A program made the position numbers and the translations under genes. Of a stretch of 64,000 nt of DNA, positions 47,457 to 55,608 are shown in pieces; positions within the stretch are counted from its first letter, which is position 1; each line of letters begins with the position of its first letter. Location: the NCBI GenBank assembly GCA_963837925.1, contig CAWIPK010000005.1, positions 79,376 to 143,375 of the forward strand, given 5' to 3'. Source of the stretch: an uncultured Chloroflexia bacterium. GTDB lineage: Bacteria; Chloroflexota; Anaerolineae; CG2-30-64-16. The notes below the pieces were generated by a model, which was not told where the DNA came from, did no database searches, and was given only the letters and a program-made list of their open reading frames with translations.

Positions 47457-48569
47457 ATGGACAAAGTGGAAATCGGACGGATGTTGAGCCTGCTGACACA
47501 GGCCGACGGCTTGTCAGGGGCCGAAGAGCGCGTCGCCGCCGTGGTCCAGGATCTCGCCCGCCCCTACGCGGCTGAAGTGCGCGTGACCCCACTCGGCAGC
47601 GTCATCGCCTTCAAGCCGGGGACGGGCAGTGGTGAGCCGGGTCCACGCGAAACCGGGGCACCGGCCCGCGGCCGGGTGATGTTGGCGGCTCACATGGACG
47701 AGATCGGCCTGATCGTCACCAGGGTCGAAGGAAGCTTCCTGCACGTCGCTCGGGTCGGTGGCGTGGACCCTCGCTCCCTGCTTGCCCAGGAGGTGACGGT
47801 CTATGCCTCCGGTCCGGGTGCTTGTCGGCACCCGGACGGTTTAGCCGGCTATATTGGCAGCCGTCCGCCGCACGTGCTCTCCGAACAGGAGCGCTCCAAA
47901 GTGGTGGCGCTCGAGTCATTGCGGATCGACGTAGGCGCGCCGTCCATCGGCGCCCTCGTCCGCGTCGGCGATCGCGTCGCGGTGCGCGGCGCCTACAGCG
48001 AACTGCTGGGTGGCCGGGTGGTCAGCAAGGCCTTGGATGACCGCGCCGGCGTGGCGGCGATGCTCGGGGCGCTGGGCTATCTCGCCGAGATGCAGCACAG
48101 TTGGGACGTCTATGCCGTCGCCACGATCCAGGAGGAAGTTGGCGAAATGGGCGCGGCGACGGTCGCGTTCGGCGTCGCACCGGACGTCGCGATCGCCCTC
48201 GACGTGACCTTCGCCGACACGCCGGGCCTCGACGATGCCCAGACGGTCGAAATGGACAAAGGCCCGGTCATCAGCTGGGGGCCAAACCTACACCCCGGCA
48301 TGGTCAAGAAACTCCGGGAGGTGGCCGACGGTATCGAGCTCGGCTATGTCAGCGAGCCGGTCCCCGGCCATTCCGGAACCGATGCCTGGGCCATTCAAGT
48401 CAGCCGGGCAGGGGTGCCGACCGCCCTGGTGGGCATGGCGGTCCGCTACATGCACTCCGCCACCGAGATGGCCGCGCTGGCGGACGTTGACCGGACCGCG
48501 CGCTTGTTGGCAGCCTTTGTCAGCCGGCTGGACGGCGAGTTTCTCGCTCAGCTGCCGGAGGAGGTTTAG
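47457..48569 (+). CDS. M42-family (TET/FrvX/YsdC-type) aminopeptidase, paralog 1.
   Basis: HMDEIGLIVT, ALDDRAGVAA, EEVG and D-V-A-I-A-L-D motifs of M42 peptidases. ATG at 47457, 6 nt after AAGGAG (ORF open from 47430). Confidence 0.85.
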   Translation: MDKVEIGRMLSLLTQADGLSGAEERVAAVVQDLARPYAAEVRVTPLGSVIAFKPGTGSGEPGPRETGAPARGRVMLAAHMDEIGLIVTRVEGSFLHVARVGGVDPRSLLAQEVTVYASGPGACRHPDGLAGYIGSRPPHVLSEQERSKVVALESLRIDVGAPSIGALVRVGDRVAVRGAYSELLGGRVVSKALDDRAGVAAMLGALGYLAEMQHSWDVYAVATIQEEVGEMGAATVAFGVAPDVAIALDVTFADTPGLDDAQTVEMDKGPVISWGPNLHPGMVKKLREVADGIELGYVSEPVPGHSGTDAWAIQVSRAGVPTALVGMAVRYMHSATEMAALADVDRTARLLAAFVSRLDGEFLAQLPEEV

Positions 48570-48572
48570 GGC

Positions 48573-49649
48573 ATGAGCATGGTCGATCTACGTGGCCTGC
48601 TGGAAAGATTGTCAAACGAGATGGGTGTCTCGGGCCGCGAACGGGCCGTGCGCACGCTCGTGAAGAACGAGGTAGAAGCCCTGGTCGATCGCCTGGAAGT
48701 CGATGCGCTGGGCAACCTGATCACCTACAAGGCGGGTGATGGCCCTGAGCCGCGATTGCGGATCATGCTCTCGGCTCACATGGACGAAGTCGGTTTCATG
48801 ATCACCAAGGTCGAGAAAAACGGCCTCTTGCGCTTCGCCGGCGTCGGTGGGCCTGACCGGCGCACGCTCTTGGGCAAGCGGCTGATCATCGGCGACGAAC
48901 GACTGGTGGGCATCATCGGGGCCCAGCCGCCTCATCTGCTGAACCGCGATCAGTGTGATCGGAGCGTCCCTATCGAAGAGCTCGCCATCGACATCGGGGC
49001 CACCAGTGACAAAGAGGCCGGTGGCAAGGTGAAGGTCGGCGATTATGCCACTTTTGCGACGCGTTTCAGCGTGCTCAGCGAGGACCCGGCCTTTCCGACT
49101 GTCCGCGGCAAGGCTTTCGACGATCGCGTTGGCTGCAGCGCCCTGATCGGCCTGCTGGCCGAGCGATACCCAGTTGACATAGTCGGCCTCTTCAGCGTGC
49201 AGGAAGAGGTCGGCTTGCGGGGGGCGCGCGTGGCGGCCTACCGAACTGAGCCGGATGCGGCAATCGCCCTGGAAGGCAACACCTGTGACGACACTCCGAG
49301 GCCGCCCGACGAAGAGGGCACGCCTGTGACGCGCGTCGGTGACGGCCCGGCCATCACCATCATGGATCGCAGCTTCTTCACGCATCCTGGCATGCTTCGT
49401 CTGTTCCGAGAGACGGCGGAGGCGGAGGGCATACCCATCCAGTATCGGGCGCCGGGTTTTGGCGGCACCGACACGGGCGCGATCCACCTCAGCCGGGCGG
49501 GAGTGCCATCCATCCAGGCCGGGATCCCGTGCCGCTATATCCACGGCCCGGCCAGCATCCTGAACCTGAACGATCTGACCAACACCGTGCGCCTGGTCGG
49601 TGCAGCGCTGCAGCGCATCGACCGCGGCTACCTGATGCGCCAAGACTAG
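48573..49649 (+). CDS. M42-family aminopeptidase, paralog 2.
   Basis: HMDEVGFMIT, AFDDRVGCSA, QEEVGLRGA, AIALEGN. Starts 3 nt after paralog 1. Confidence 0.85.
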   Translation: MSMVDLRGLLERLSNEMGVSGRERAVRTLVKNEVEALVDRLEVDALGNLITYKAGDGPEPRLRIMLSAHMDEVGFMITKVEKNGLLRFAGVGGPDRRTLLGKRLIIGDERLVGIIGAQPPHLLNRDQCDRSVPIEELAIDIGATSDKEAGGKVKVGDYATFATRFSVLSEDPAFPTVRGKAFDDRVGCSALIGLLAERYPVDIVGLFSVQEEVGLRGARVAAYRTEPDAAIALEGNTCDDTPRPPDEEGTPVTRVGDGPAITIMDRSFFTHPGMLRLFRETAEAEGIPIQYRAPGFGGTDTGAIHLSRAGVPSIQAGIPCRYIHGPASILNLNDLTNTVRLVGAALQRIDRGYLMRQD

Positions 49650-49664
49650 CGATAGGAGTGACTT

Positions 49665-50666
49665 ATGCAAGAGTTGACTGGCCGCCTGACGGGGGCCTTC
49701 GGCATATCGGGCCACGAGGATGAGATCCGTACGGTGATTCGCGAAGAGATCGCGGGGCTGGTGGACGAGCAGCATGTCGACGCGATGGGGAACCTCGTCA
49801 CCCTGCGCCGCGGCCAGGGCGGGGGCAGGCGGGTCATGCTGGCGGCCCACATGGACGAGATCGGCGCGATGGTGAACTACGTCGACGAGCAAGGCTTCAT
49901 GCGCTTTGCCCCGGTGGGCGGGCTTTATCCCTCGATCTGCCTGGGACAGCAAGTCCTGTTTGCCGACGGTACGGTTGGCAGCATCGGATTGGACGGACGG
50001 GCAGACCGCAACCAGGCGCCCAAGCTGACCGATCTCTTCATTGACGTCGGGGCCGGCTCCCGTAGTGAGGTCAAGCAGAAGCCGGGCGATCCGGCCGTTT
50101 TCCGCCAGCGCTTCGCCGCGCAGGGGAACGCCTGGTTTGCGCCCAACCTGGATGACCGTATCGGCTGCGTGGTTCTGATCCAGTTGCTGCGCGAGCTCAA
50201 GGGGAAGGACATCGCCCACGACATCTACGGTGTTTTCACTTCACAGGAAGAGGTCGGCACCCGCGGCGCGGCGACTTCCGCCTATGCCGTCAATCCAGAC
50301 ATGGCGATAGCGCTTGACGTTACCCTTACCGGCGATACGCCGCACGCCAATCCGGCCATGGAGGTGTACATGGGGCGCGGCGCGGCGATCAAGGTCCAGG
50401 ACAGCGGCATGATCGGCCACGTCGGGCTGAACCGTCTGCTCATCGCCGCCGCTGAGCGCTCGCAGGTGCCCTACCAGATGGAGGTGCTGACGGGCGGCAG
50501 CACCGACGCGCGTGCCATGCAGATCGCACGCGAAGGCGTGCCGGCCAGTGCGATCTCCGTGCCCAGCCGGCACGTTCACAGCCCATCGCAGATCGTCGAC
50601 CGGCGCGATGTCGAGGCCTCTGTCGCCTTGCTGGTGTCGTTGCTCGGGGCCCCGATACAGCTCTAG
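49665..50666 (+). CDS. M42-family aminopeptidase, paralog 3.
   Basis: HMDEIGAMV, NLDDRIGCVV, QEEVGTRGA, AIALDVT. RBS GGAG. Confidence 0.85.
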   Translation: MQELTGRLTGAFGISGHEDEIRTVIREEIAGLVDEQHVDAMGNLVTLRRGQGGGRRVMLAAHMDEIGAMVNYVDEQGFMRFAPVGGLYPSICLGQQVLFADGTVGSIGLDGRADRNQAPKLTDLFIDVGAGSRSEVKQKPGDPAVFRQRFAAQGNAWFAPNLDDRIGCVVLIQLLRELKGKDIAHDIYGVFTSQEEVGTRGAATSAYAVNPDMAIALDVTLTGDTPHANPAMEVYMGRGAAIKVQDSGMIGHVGLNRLLIAAAERSQVPYQMEVLTGGSTDARAMQIAREGVPASAISVPSRHVHSPSQIVDRRDVEASVALLVSLLGAPIQL

Positions 50667-50693
50667 CCGCGGACCGTACCATCACCCCGGGAC

Positions 50694-50747
50694 GAACACG
50701 CCGGCCGACGAGGCTTGACCCGCGGCCGGCGTGTTCATTCTCTCGGG
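50694..50747 (+). terminator. Intrinsic terminator after the M42 cluster.
   Basis: Perfect 14-bp stem gaacacgccggccg / cggccggcgtgttc, followed by attctctc. Confidence 0.55.
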
Positions 50748-50772
50748 CCGGCGCCTGGTTGCCGCCCGCACG

Positions 50773-52782
50773 CTAGGCCCAACGCCAGACGACGAAGGCA
50801 ATGACTGCCAACGCCAGCGCTCCGCCTGCGCCAATCCCCAGGATGCGCTCGTAACGCAGGGCAACGCTGTCCGCGGCCATGATGCGAGCCGCTCCGGCCT
50901 GCACGACCCATTGACGGCTCAGGCCGGCCTGCGGCAGCGCAATGCTGTATTCTGCTCGGCTGGCTGCGGCCAGGGACCGCCAGGCGGACGCGTCGCGGGT
51001 CCAGAGGACCGTCTGTAGCTGGGCCAGCTGTGCCGTCGCGTCCTGCCCTTGCGCCGCCTCTTGCCTGGCCTGCGCCGCGCTGTCAATGCGGTCCGCCAAG
51101 CTCTCCCACGTGGCGCGCACCGCCTGCAAGTCTGCCCGCTCCACGTAATGTGACCGGCGCTGGTACGGCTTCTCGTCGACGTCGAACGATGTTTGGTCGG
51201 TACTGAGCATCGCGGCCAAAAGAGCCAGCTCGGGATTGGTGGGCAGGGCTGCGCCAATTGAATGCTGCAGGCCGGTCAGATTGGCCAGATCGGTATAGGG
51301 GAGCTTGAGGGCCAGCCAATCGGTGGCAGACGAAACCTGCACTCCCGGCACGTCCCGGATGGCCTCGGCCGCGCGGTCGAGCATAGCCTCCACGGCGACG
51401 GGCTCACGGAAATCGCCGAGGGTCAAGCGAATCAGGCGCTGCCCGGGCCGCGTCTGCACGACCAACACCGCCTGTTCGGCCAGTGGGCGGGCTGCACCGG
51501 TCACTTCGGCCGCGTCCTGCCCGTACATCGCCGCGATCGTCTGGCGCGCGCTTTCCTGGTCACCCAGTGCGATCTGCTCGGCTGCTACCTGCAGCCGGGT
51601 GGCCTGCTGTTGTTCCGAGCCGGCGCCCGCTTGCGCAGTCGGGTCGATGGCTGCCAGGCGGTTCAGGTAGTCACTCGCCGTCGTCGCGTTCCCGCTGGCG
51701 GCTGCGCTGGAGGCGAGTTGACGGTAAGCATCGGCGACCAACTGCCGCAGCGCCGAATCGTCCACTCCAGATGTCAAGGCCAGCTGCGCTTCGGTGGCGG
51801 CCAACTGCAGGTAGAGGTCGCCACCGCTGGCGCCCAGCCGCGCCACCTGCTGTTCGTAAAGGGTGGCGAGCAGGCCGTGTACGCGGCCTTCCTCGGCCGG
51901 TTGGCCGGCTGTCCTGGCGGCGTCGATGGCGCTTTGCAGTGCGCCCACTGCGGCGGGATAGTAACGGACGTAAAGATCCAGTTCGGGGCGGAAGGGCAGG
52001 CGAGGCAAGGCTGCCAGCTGCTGATAAAGCTTGCTGAGGGCCACCTCCTCGGCTGCTCCGGCGCCCGACGCGGCCGCCGCTCCGCGCGTCGAGTTGAACC
52101 CGGCCCACCAATCTGGCGCCATAAACGCCAGCCAAACGTCCTCGCCGGCTCGTTCGCCGGTCACCTCCCAGCTCAGGGTTTGCCCGTCAAATCTGTCGGC
52201 CAGCGGTGACTGTCCGAGGATCTGCTCGGCCTGCAGAGCGCCGGCGAACTTGACGGTCACCCGCATAGATTCTGGCGTGCCTGCCCACCGGCCTCCGGCC
52301 GTGAGCGGGTAGGCGAAGAGGACCAGCCCGTCGTTCTCGGGCAGCACCTGCCGGTAACTGAGACGCACGGAAACGCTGCCCTGGCCACGGAGCTCGAGCG
52401 GAACGAGCAAACCGCCGCCCTCGGCCGGCTGAAGCTCCTGAGGCTCATCCTCAATGCTCAACTGGATGTCGAGCGGCAAGCTCTGCCCCATGACCTTCGC
52501 CATTGCCTCATCGGCAGGGCCGGGCAGGGCAAGGTCCACGCTGACCGCGTCGACGAGCGGGTTGTTCAGGCGCAGCCAGACCTGCGTGTCGGCCCAGACT
52601 TGACCATCAACCTGGCTGATGTTCACGTCTACGGTCTGCGACCGCAGCTCTATGCCCTGCGCTCGGCCACCTGCCGGAGCGACCGCCATCGGCTCGCTGC
52701 CAGGTCCTGCGGCCAGTGCCGGGCGCGCGAAGAGGAGTGCGCAGAAAACCAATCCTGATGCCAGCATTTTGATGACTTGCAT
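50773..52782 (-). CDS. Large hypothetical secreted protein with N-terminal signal peptide and C-terminal TM anchor. No recognised catalytic family.
   Basis: Start MQVIKMLASGLVFCALLFARPALAA (ORF open to 53136). C-terminus GAGGALALAVIAFVVWRWA. Ala/Gln/Leu-rich helical central region. Confidence 0.5.
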   Translation of the reverse strand: MQVIKMLASGLVFCALLFARPALAAGPGSEPMAVAPAGGRAQGIELRSQTVDVNISQVDGQVWADTQVWLRLNNPLVDAVSVDLALPGPADEAMAKVMGQSLPLDIQLSIEDEPQELQPAEGGGLLVPLELRGQGSVSVRLSYRQVLPENDGLVLFAYPLTAGGRWAGTPESMRVTVKFAGALQAEQILGQSPLADRFDGQTLSWEVTGERAGEDVWLAFMAPDWWAGFNSTRGAAAASGAGAAEEVALSKLYQQLAALPRLPFRPELDLYVRYYPAAVGALQSAIDAARTAGQPAEEGRVHGLLATLYEQQVARLGASGGDLYLQLAATEAQLALTSGVDDSALRQLVADAYRQLASSAAASGNATTASDYLNRLAAIDPTAQAGAGSEQQQATRLQVAAEQIALGDQESARQTIAAMYGQDAAEVTGAARPLAEQAVLVVQTRPGQRLIRLTLGDFREPVAVEAMLDRAAEAIRDVPGVQVSSATDWLALKLPYTDLANLTGLQHSIGAALPTNPELALLAAMLSTDQTSFDVDEKPYQRRSHYVERADLQAVRATWESLADRIDSAAQARQEAAQGQDATAQLAQLQTVLWTRDASAWRSLAAASRAEYSIALPQAGLSRQWVVQAGAARIMAADSVALRYERILGIGAGGALALAVIAFVVWRWA

Positions 52783-52842
52783 AAACCCATCTATTCTGGT
52801 ATTCTCAGCACGGCCATACATACTCAGAGAGGGTGGCGACGC

Positions 52843-53142
52843 ATGGTGAAATTGCTCATGAGCTGGGATATCAAGTCGGGACGCGAACAACCGTACTTTG
52901 AGTTCGTTGTGCGGGAGTTTGCACCCGGGCTGATGCGGCTCGGGCTGCAGCCGACCGAAGCTTGGTACACCGTTTATGGCAAGGGCGCCCAGATTCTGAC
53001 GGGCGCCGTGTCCGACGACATCGACACAATGCGTCGTATCTTGAATGGTGATGATTGGCGGAAGCTGCGGGATCAACTGCTCGAATATGTGAGCAACTTC
53101 CAGCAGAAAGTCATCAACGCGAGCGGGCGTTTTCAACTCTGA
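52843..53142 (+). CDS. Small hypothetical cytoplasmic protein (99 aa), divergently transcribed from the large secreted protein.
   Basis: ORF MVKLLMSWDIKSGREQPYFEFVVREFAPGLMRLGLQPTEAWYTVYGKGAQILTG... has ordinary amino-acid composition, unlike the Arg/Pro-rich spurious ORFs. RBS GAGGGTGG. Confidence 0.4.
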   Translation: MVKLLMSWDIKSGREQPYFEFVVREFAPGLMRLGLQPTEAWYTVYGKGAQILTGAVSDDIDTMRRILNGDDWRKLRDQLLEYVSNFQQKVINASGRFQL

Positions 53143-53228
53143 TCGGCTCCCCCACAGGTATTGGCCGGCGATGGCCGTCTATGCGATCGTGTCCCCCTCT
53201 CGGGTTCAGTCTCTCCAACCGGCAGCGT

Positions 53229-55439
53229 TCAGCACTCGCGTACCCAACCCGGTCCCGGTTTGGCCAGGGTATCGGCCAGATGCCGCCAAGCCATGAACGC
53301 CTCTTCCTTGGGCCGCCCGGTGGTCCAGTCCATCTGTGCCAATGCATCGGCGAGAGGAGTAATCTCGACGCCCCGCCCGTGAATGCCGACCACGCTCGCG
53401 CCCGAACGTCCGGCCTGGATGTCTTCCATCAGCTGCCTGACTGCCCATAAACCGAGCCGGGTGCCCTGGATACGGTCGAAAGCGGTCGGTACGCCGCCAC
53501 GTTGCAGGTGCCCCAGGATTACGGTGCGCACGTCGAACGCCCCGCCGGCCTCAGCCTCCAGCACCTGGCGTACGAAGGTCGCATCATAATAGGGTGACGC
53601 GCCTTCGGACATCACCACGATACTCAACTTCTTGCCCCGCTCAAAGCCCTCGCGCAACCTTTCCACATCCGCCTCGAGGCACTTCAGGGTGAGCCGGTCT
53701 TCTGGCAGCAATTCCATCTCGGCCCCGGTCGCGATGCCGCTGGACAGCCCCAGGTAGCCGCACTCGCGCCCCATCACCTCGACAACGTATGCCCGGTGAG
53801 CTGCCCCGGCGGTGTACTTGATCTTGTCCACGGCGTCGGTGATATTGTTGAGCGCGGTGTCGGCGCCGATGCATACCTCCGTCGCCGGCAGGTTATTGTC
53901 AATCGTTGCCGGCACACAGATGGTCGGGATGTTCAGTTCGGGGTGTCTCTCGCGCGCCGCCACCAGTTTGTCGACCTCGGTGTAAGTGTCCAGCCCGCCC
54001 ACCGCGATCAGCCCGCGGATGTCCCACTTGCGTATGGTGTCCGCGACCGACGCGATCTCCTGCTCGGTCAGAACGTGGCGTACCGCGCCCAACTCGCTGC
54101 CGCCCTGCGCCATCCAGGATTGGACGTCCATCCACTGCAGATCCCAGATGTCTTCCCGTGCCAGCCCCGCGAAGCCGTAGCGCACGCCCACCACATCTTG
54201 CCCTTCGTTCATCGCGTAGCGCAGCACCGTTCGCAGAACGGCGTTCATGCCCGGCGAATCCGGACCGCCGGTCAGCATGGCGATACGTCCGCGCTCACCT
54301 ATCTCCTCGCGTGGTTGCGCGCGGCTGAGGGTCTTCAGGAGGTTCAGGGCATCGATGAAACTGCTGCCCCGCAATTCCAGCGCTTGCTCGAAGCGCCCCT
54401 GCTCGATCTCGACGTTGACAGCCTGGCTCTTGCTGATCACTTCGCTGAGGGGAGTGGCCACCGGCCGGTTATGGAGCAAGCCGATCATCACCGGCGTCGC
54501 GTCCGGCCCGGCCAGGTAGTCGACCGCCGCGGCACCCAGCCGGCTGGCGAGGACCCGGTCGAACGCGCTCGGGGAACCGCCCCGCTGTACGTGACCGAGC
54601 ACGGTCACGCGTGCTTCCATCCCGGTTCGCGCGCGCAAGACTTCCTGAATCGTCTCCGCACGGATGGGCAAGCCATCATTGTGACGCGCGCCTTCGGCAA
54701 ACAGAATGATGTCGTGCCGCCGCCCGGCAGCCCGGCCGTGTTTCAAGGCATCTGCCATGCGAATGTGCCAGCGCGCATCCATTTCCTCTTCGGGGATCAA
54801 CACCCAGTCCGCGCCGGTGGCGACTGCGCCCATCAATGCCAGGTAGCCGCAGCGACGGCCCATGACCTCGACAATGAAGGTGCGCTGGTGCGCGTCAGCC
54901 GTCGACGTCAGCTTGTCAACCGCCTGCACGATCGTGTTCAGGGCCGTATCGGCGCCGTGGCTCATGTCCGTGCCGTACAGGTCGTTGTCGATCGAGCCGG
55001 GCAGGCCAACGATGAGGAATGGCTGAGCGCCGGTCGCCTTCTCCACCGGGATCACCTCGGTCGCCGCCAGCGCCTTGAGATGCTCTTCCCACTCCTCGTG
55101 CAAGACCAGCGCGCCGGTCAGCGAGCCGTCGCCGCCGATCACCACCAAACCATCAATGCCGGCTTCGACCAGGTGGCGCACGGCCTGGCGCCTGCCCTCC
55201 AAGGTGCGGAAGGCATCCGAGCGGGCCGTGCCCAGGACTGTGCCGCCCGCTTGCAGGATGCCGCCGGCGCTGCGCCAGTTGAAGGGCTCGAAATACCGGC
55301 CACCCATGAACACGCCTTGCCACCCTTCGTGGATGCCGACGACTTCCATCCCTTTATCCAGGGCGCAGCGCGTCACTGCCCGGATGCACGCATTCATGCC
55401 CGGAGCATCGCCGCCGCTGGTTATGATGCCGATGCGCAT
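53229..55439 (-). CDS. Tandem-duplicated (eukaryote-like, ~736 aa) 6-phosphofructokinase. The N-terminal half is catalytically intact and the C-terminal half is degenerate.
   Basis: Start MRIGIITSGGDAPGMNACIRA after GGAGG. N-half has GGDGSLTGA, PGSIDNDL and MGRRCGY. C-half has GGPDSPGMNA, GGLDTYT, PATIDNNL (catalytic Asp -> Asn) and MGRECGY. The ORF is open upstream to 55472. Confidence 0.85.
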   Translation of the reverse strand: MRIGIITSGGDAPGMNACIRAVTRCALDKGMEVVGIHEGWQGVFMGGRYFEPFNWRSAGGILQAGGTVLGTARSDAFRTLEGRRQAVRHLVEAGIDGLVVIGGDGSLTGALVLHEEWEEHLKALAATEVIPVEKATGAQPFLIVGLPGSIDNDLYGTDMSHGADTALNTIVQAVDKLTSTADAHQRTFIVEVMGRRCGYLALMGAVATGADWVLIPEEEMDARWHIRMADALKHGRAAGRRHDIILFAEGARHNDGLPIRAETIQEVLRARTGMEARVTVLGHVQRGGSPSAFDRVLASRLGAAAVDYLAGPDATPVMIGLLHNRPVATPLSEVISKSQAVNVEIEQGRFEQALELRGSSFIDALNLLKTLSRAQPREEIGERGRIAMLTGGPDSPGMNAVLRTVLRYAMNEGQDVVGVRYGFAGLAREDIWDLQWMDVQSWMAQGGSELGAVRHVLTEQEIASVADTIRKWDIRGLIAVGGLDTYTEVDKLVAARERHPELNIPTICVPATIDNNLPATEVCIGADTALNNITDAVDKIKYTAGAAHRAYVVEVMGRECGYLGLSSGIATGAEMELLPEDRLTLKCLEADVERLREGFERGKKLSIVVMSEGASPYYDATFVRQVLEAEAGGAFDVRTVILGHLQRGGVPTAFDRIQGTRLGLWAVRQLMEDIQAGRSGASVVGIHGRGVEITPLADALAQMDWTTGRPKEEAFMAWRHLADTLAKPGPGWVREC

Positions 55440-55483
55440 CTCGACCTCCAAGATCGTCCTGAAAGCGAACAACCGATGACGGA

Positions 55484-55512
55484 TGACGGGCCTATTGTAA
55501 CAATTTACCAGA
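55484..55512 (-). promoter_or_regulatory. Sigma70-like promoter for pfk on the minus strand: -35 TTGCGC (55512..55507), 17-nt spacer, -10 TACAAT (55489..55484).
   Basis: The reverse complement reads TTGCGCgaagtctggtaaattgtTACAATagg. Confidence 0.45.
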
Positions 55513-55608
55513 CTTCGCGCAACACGCCTTTTGCCGCCCTCCCAGTTCGTGGCCGAAGCGCCTCGAAGGTGAGGCTGCCTTAGCCTTTGACCTCAGGCTG
55601 TGCTTGGC

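Noticed and set aside
48612-50219. 535-aa minus-strand ORF antisense to the M42 peptidase paralogs
   Set aside because: The three + strand M42 genes have clear catalytic motifs. The antisense ORF is an artefact of GC3-skewed codon usage.
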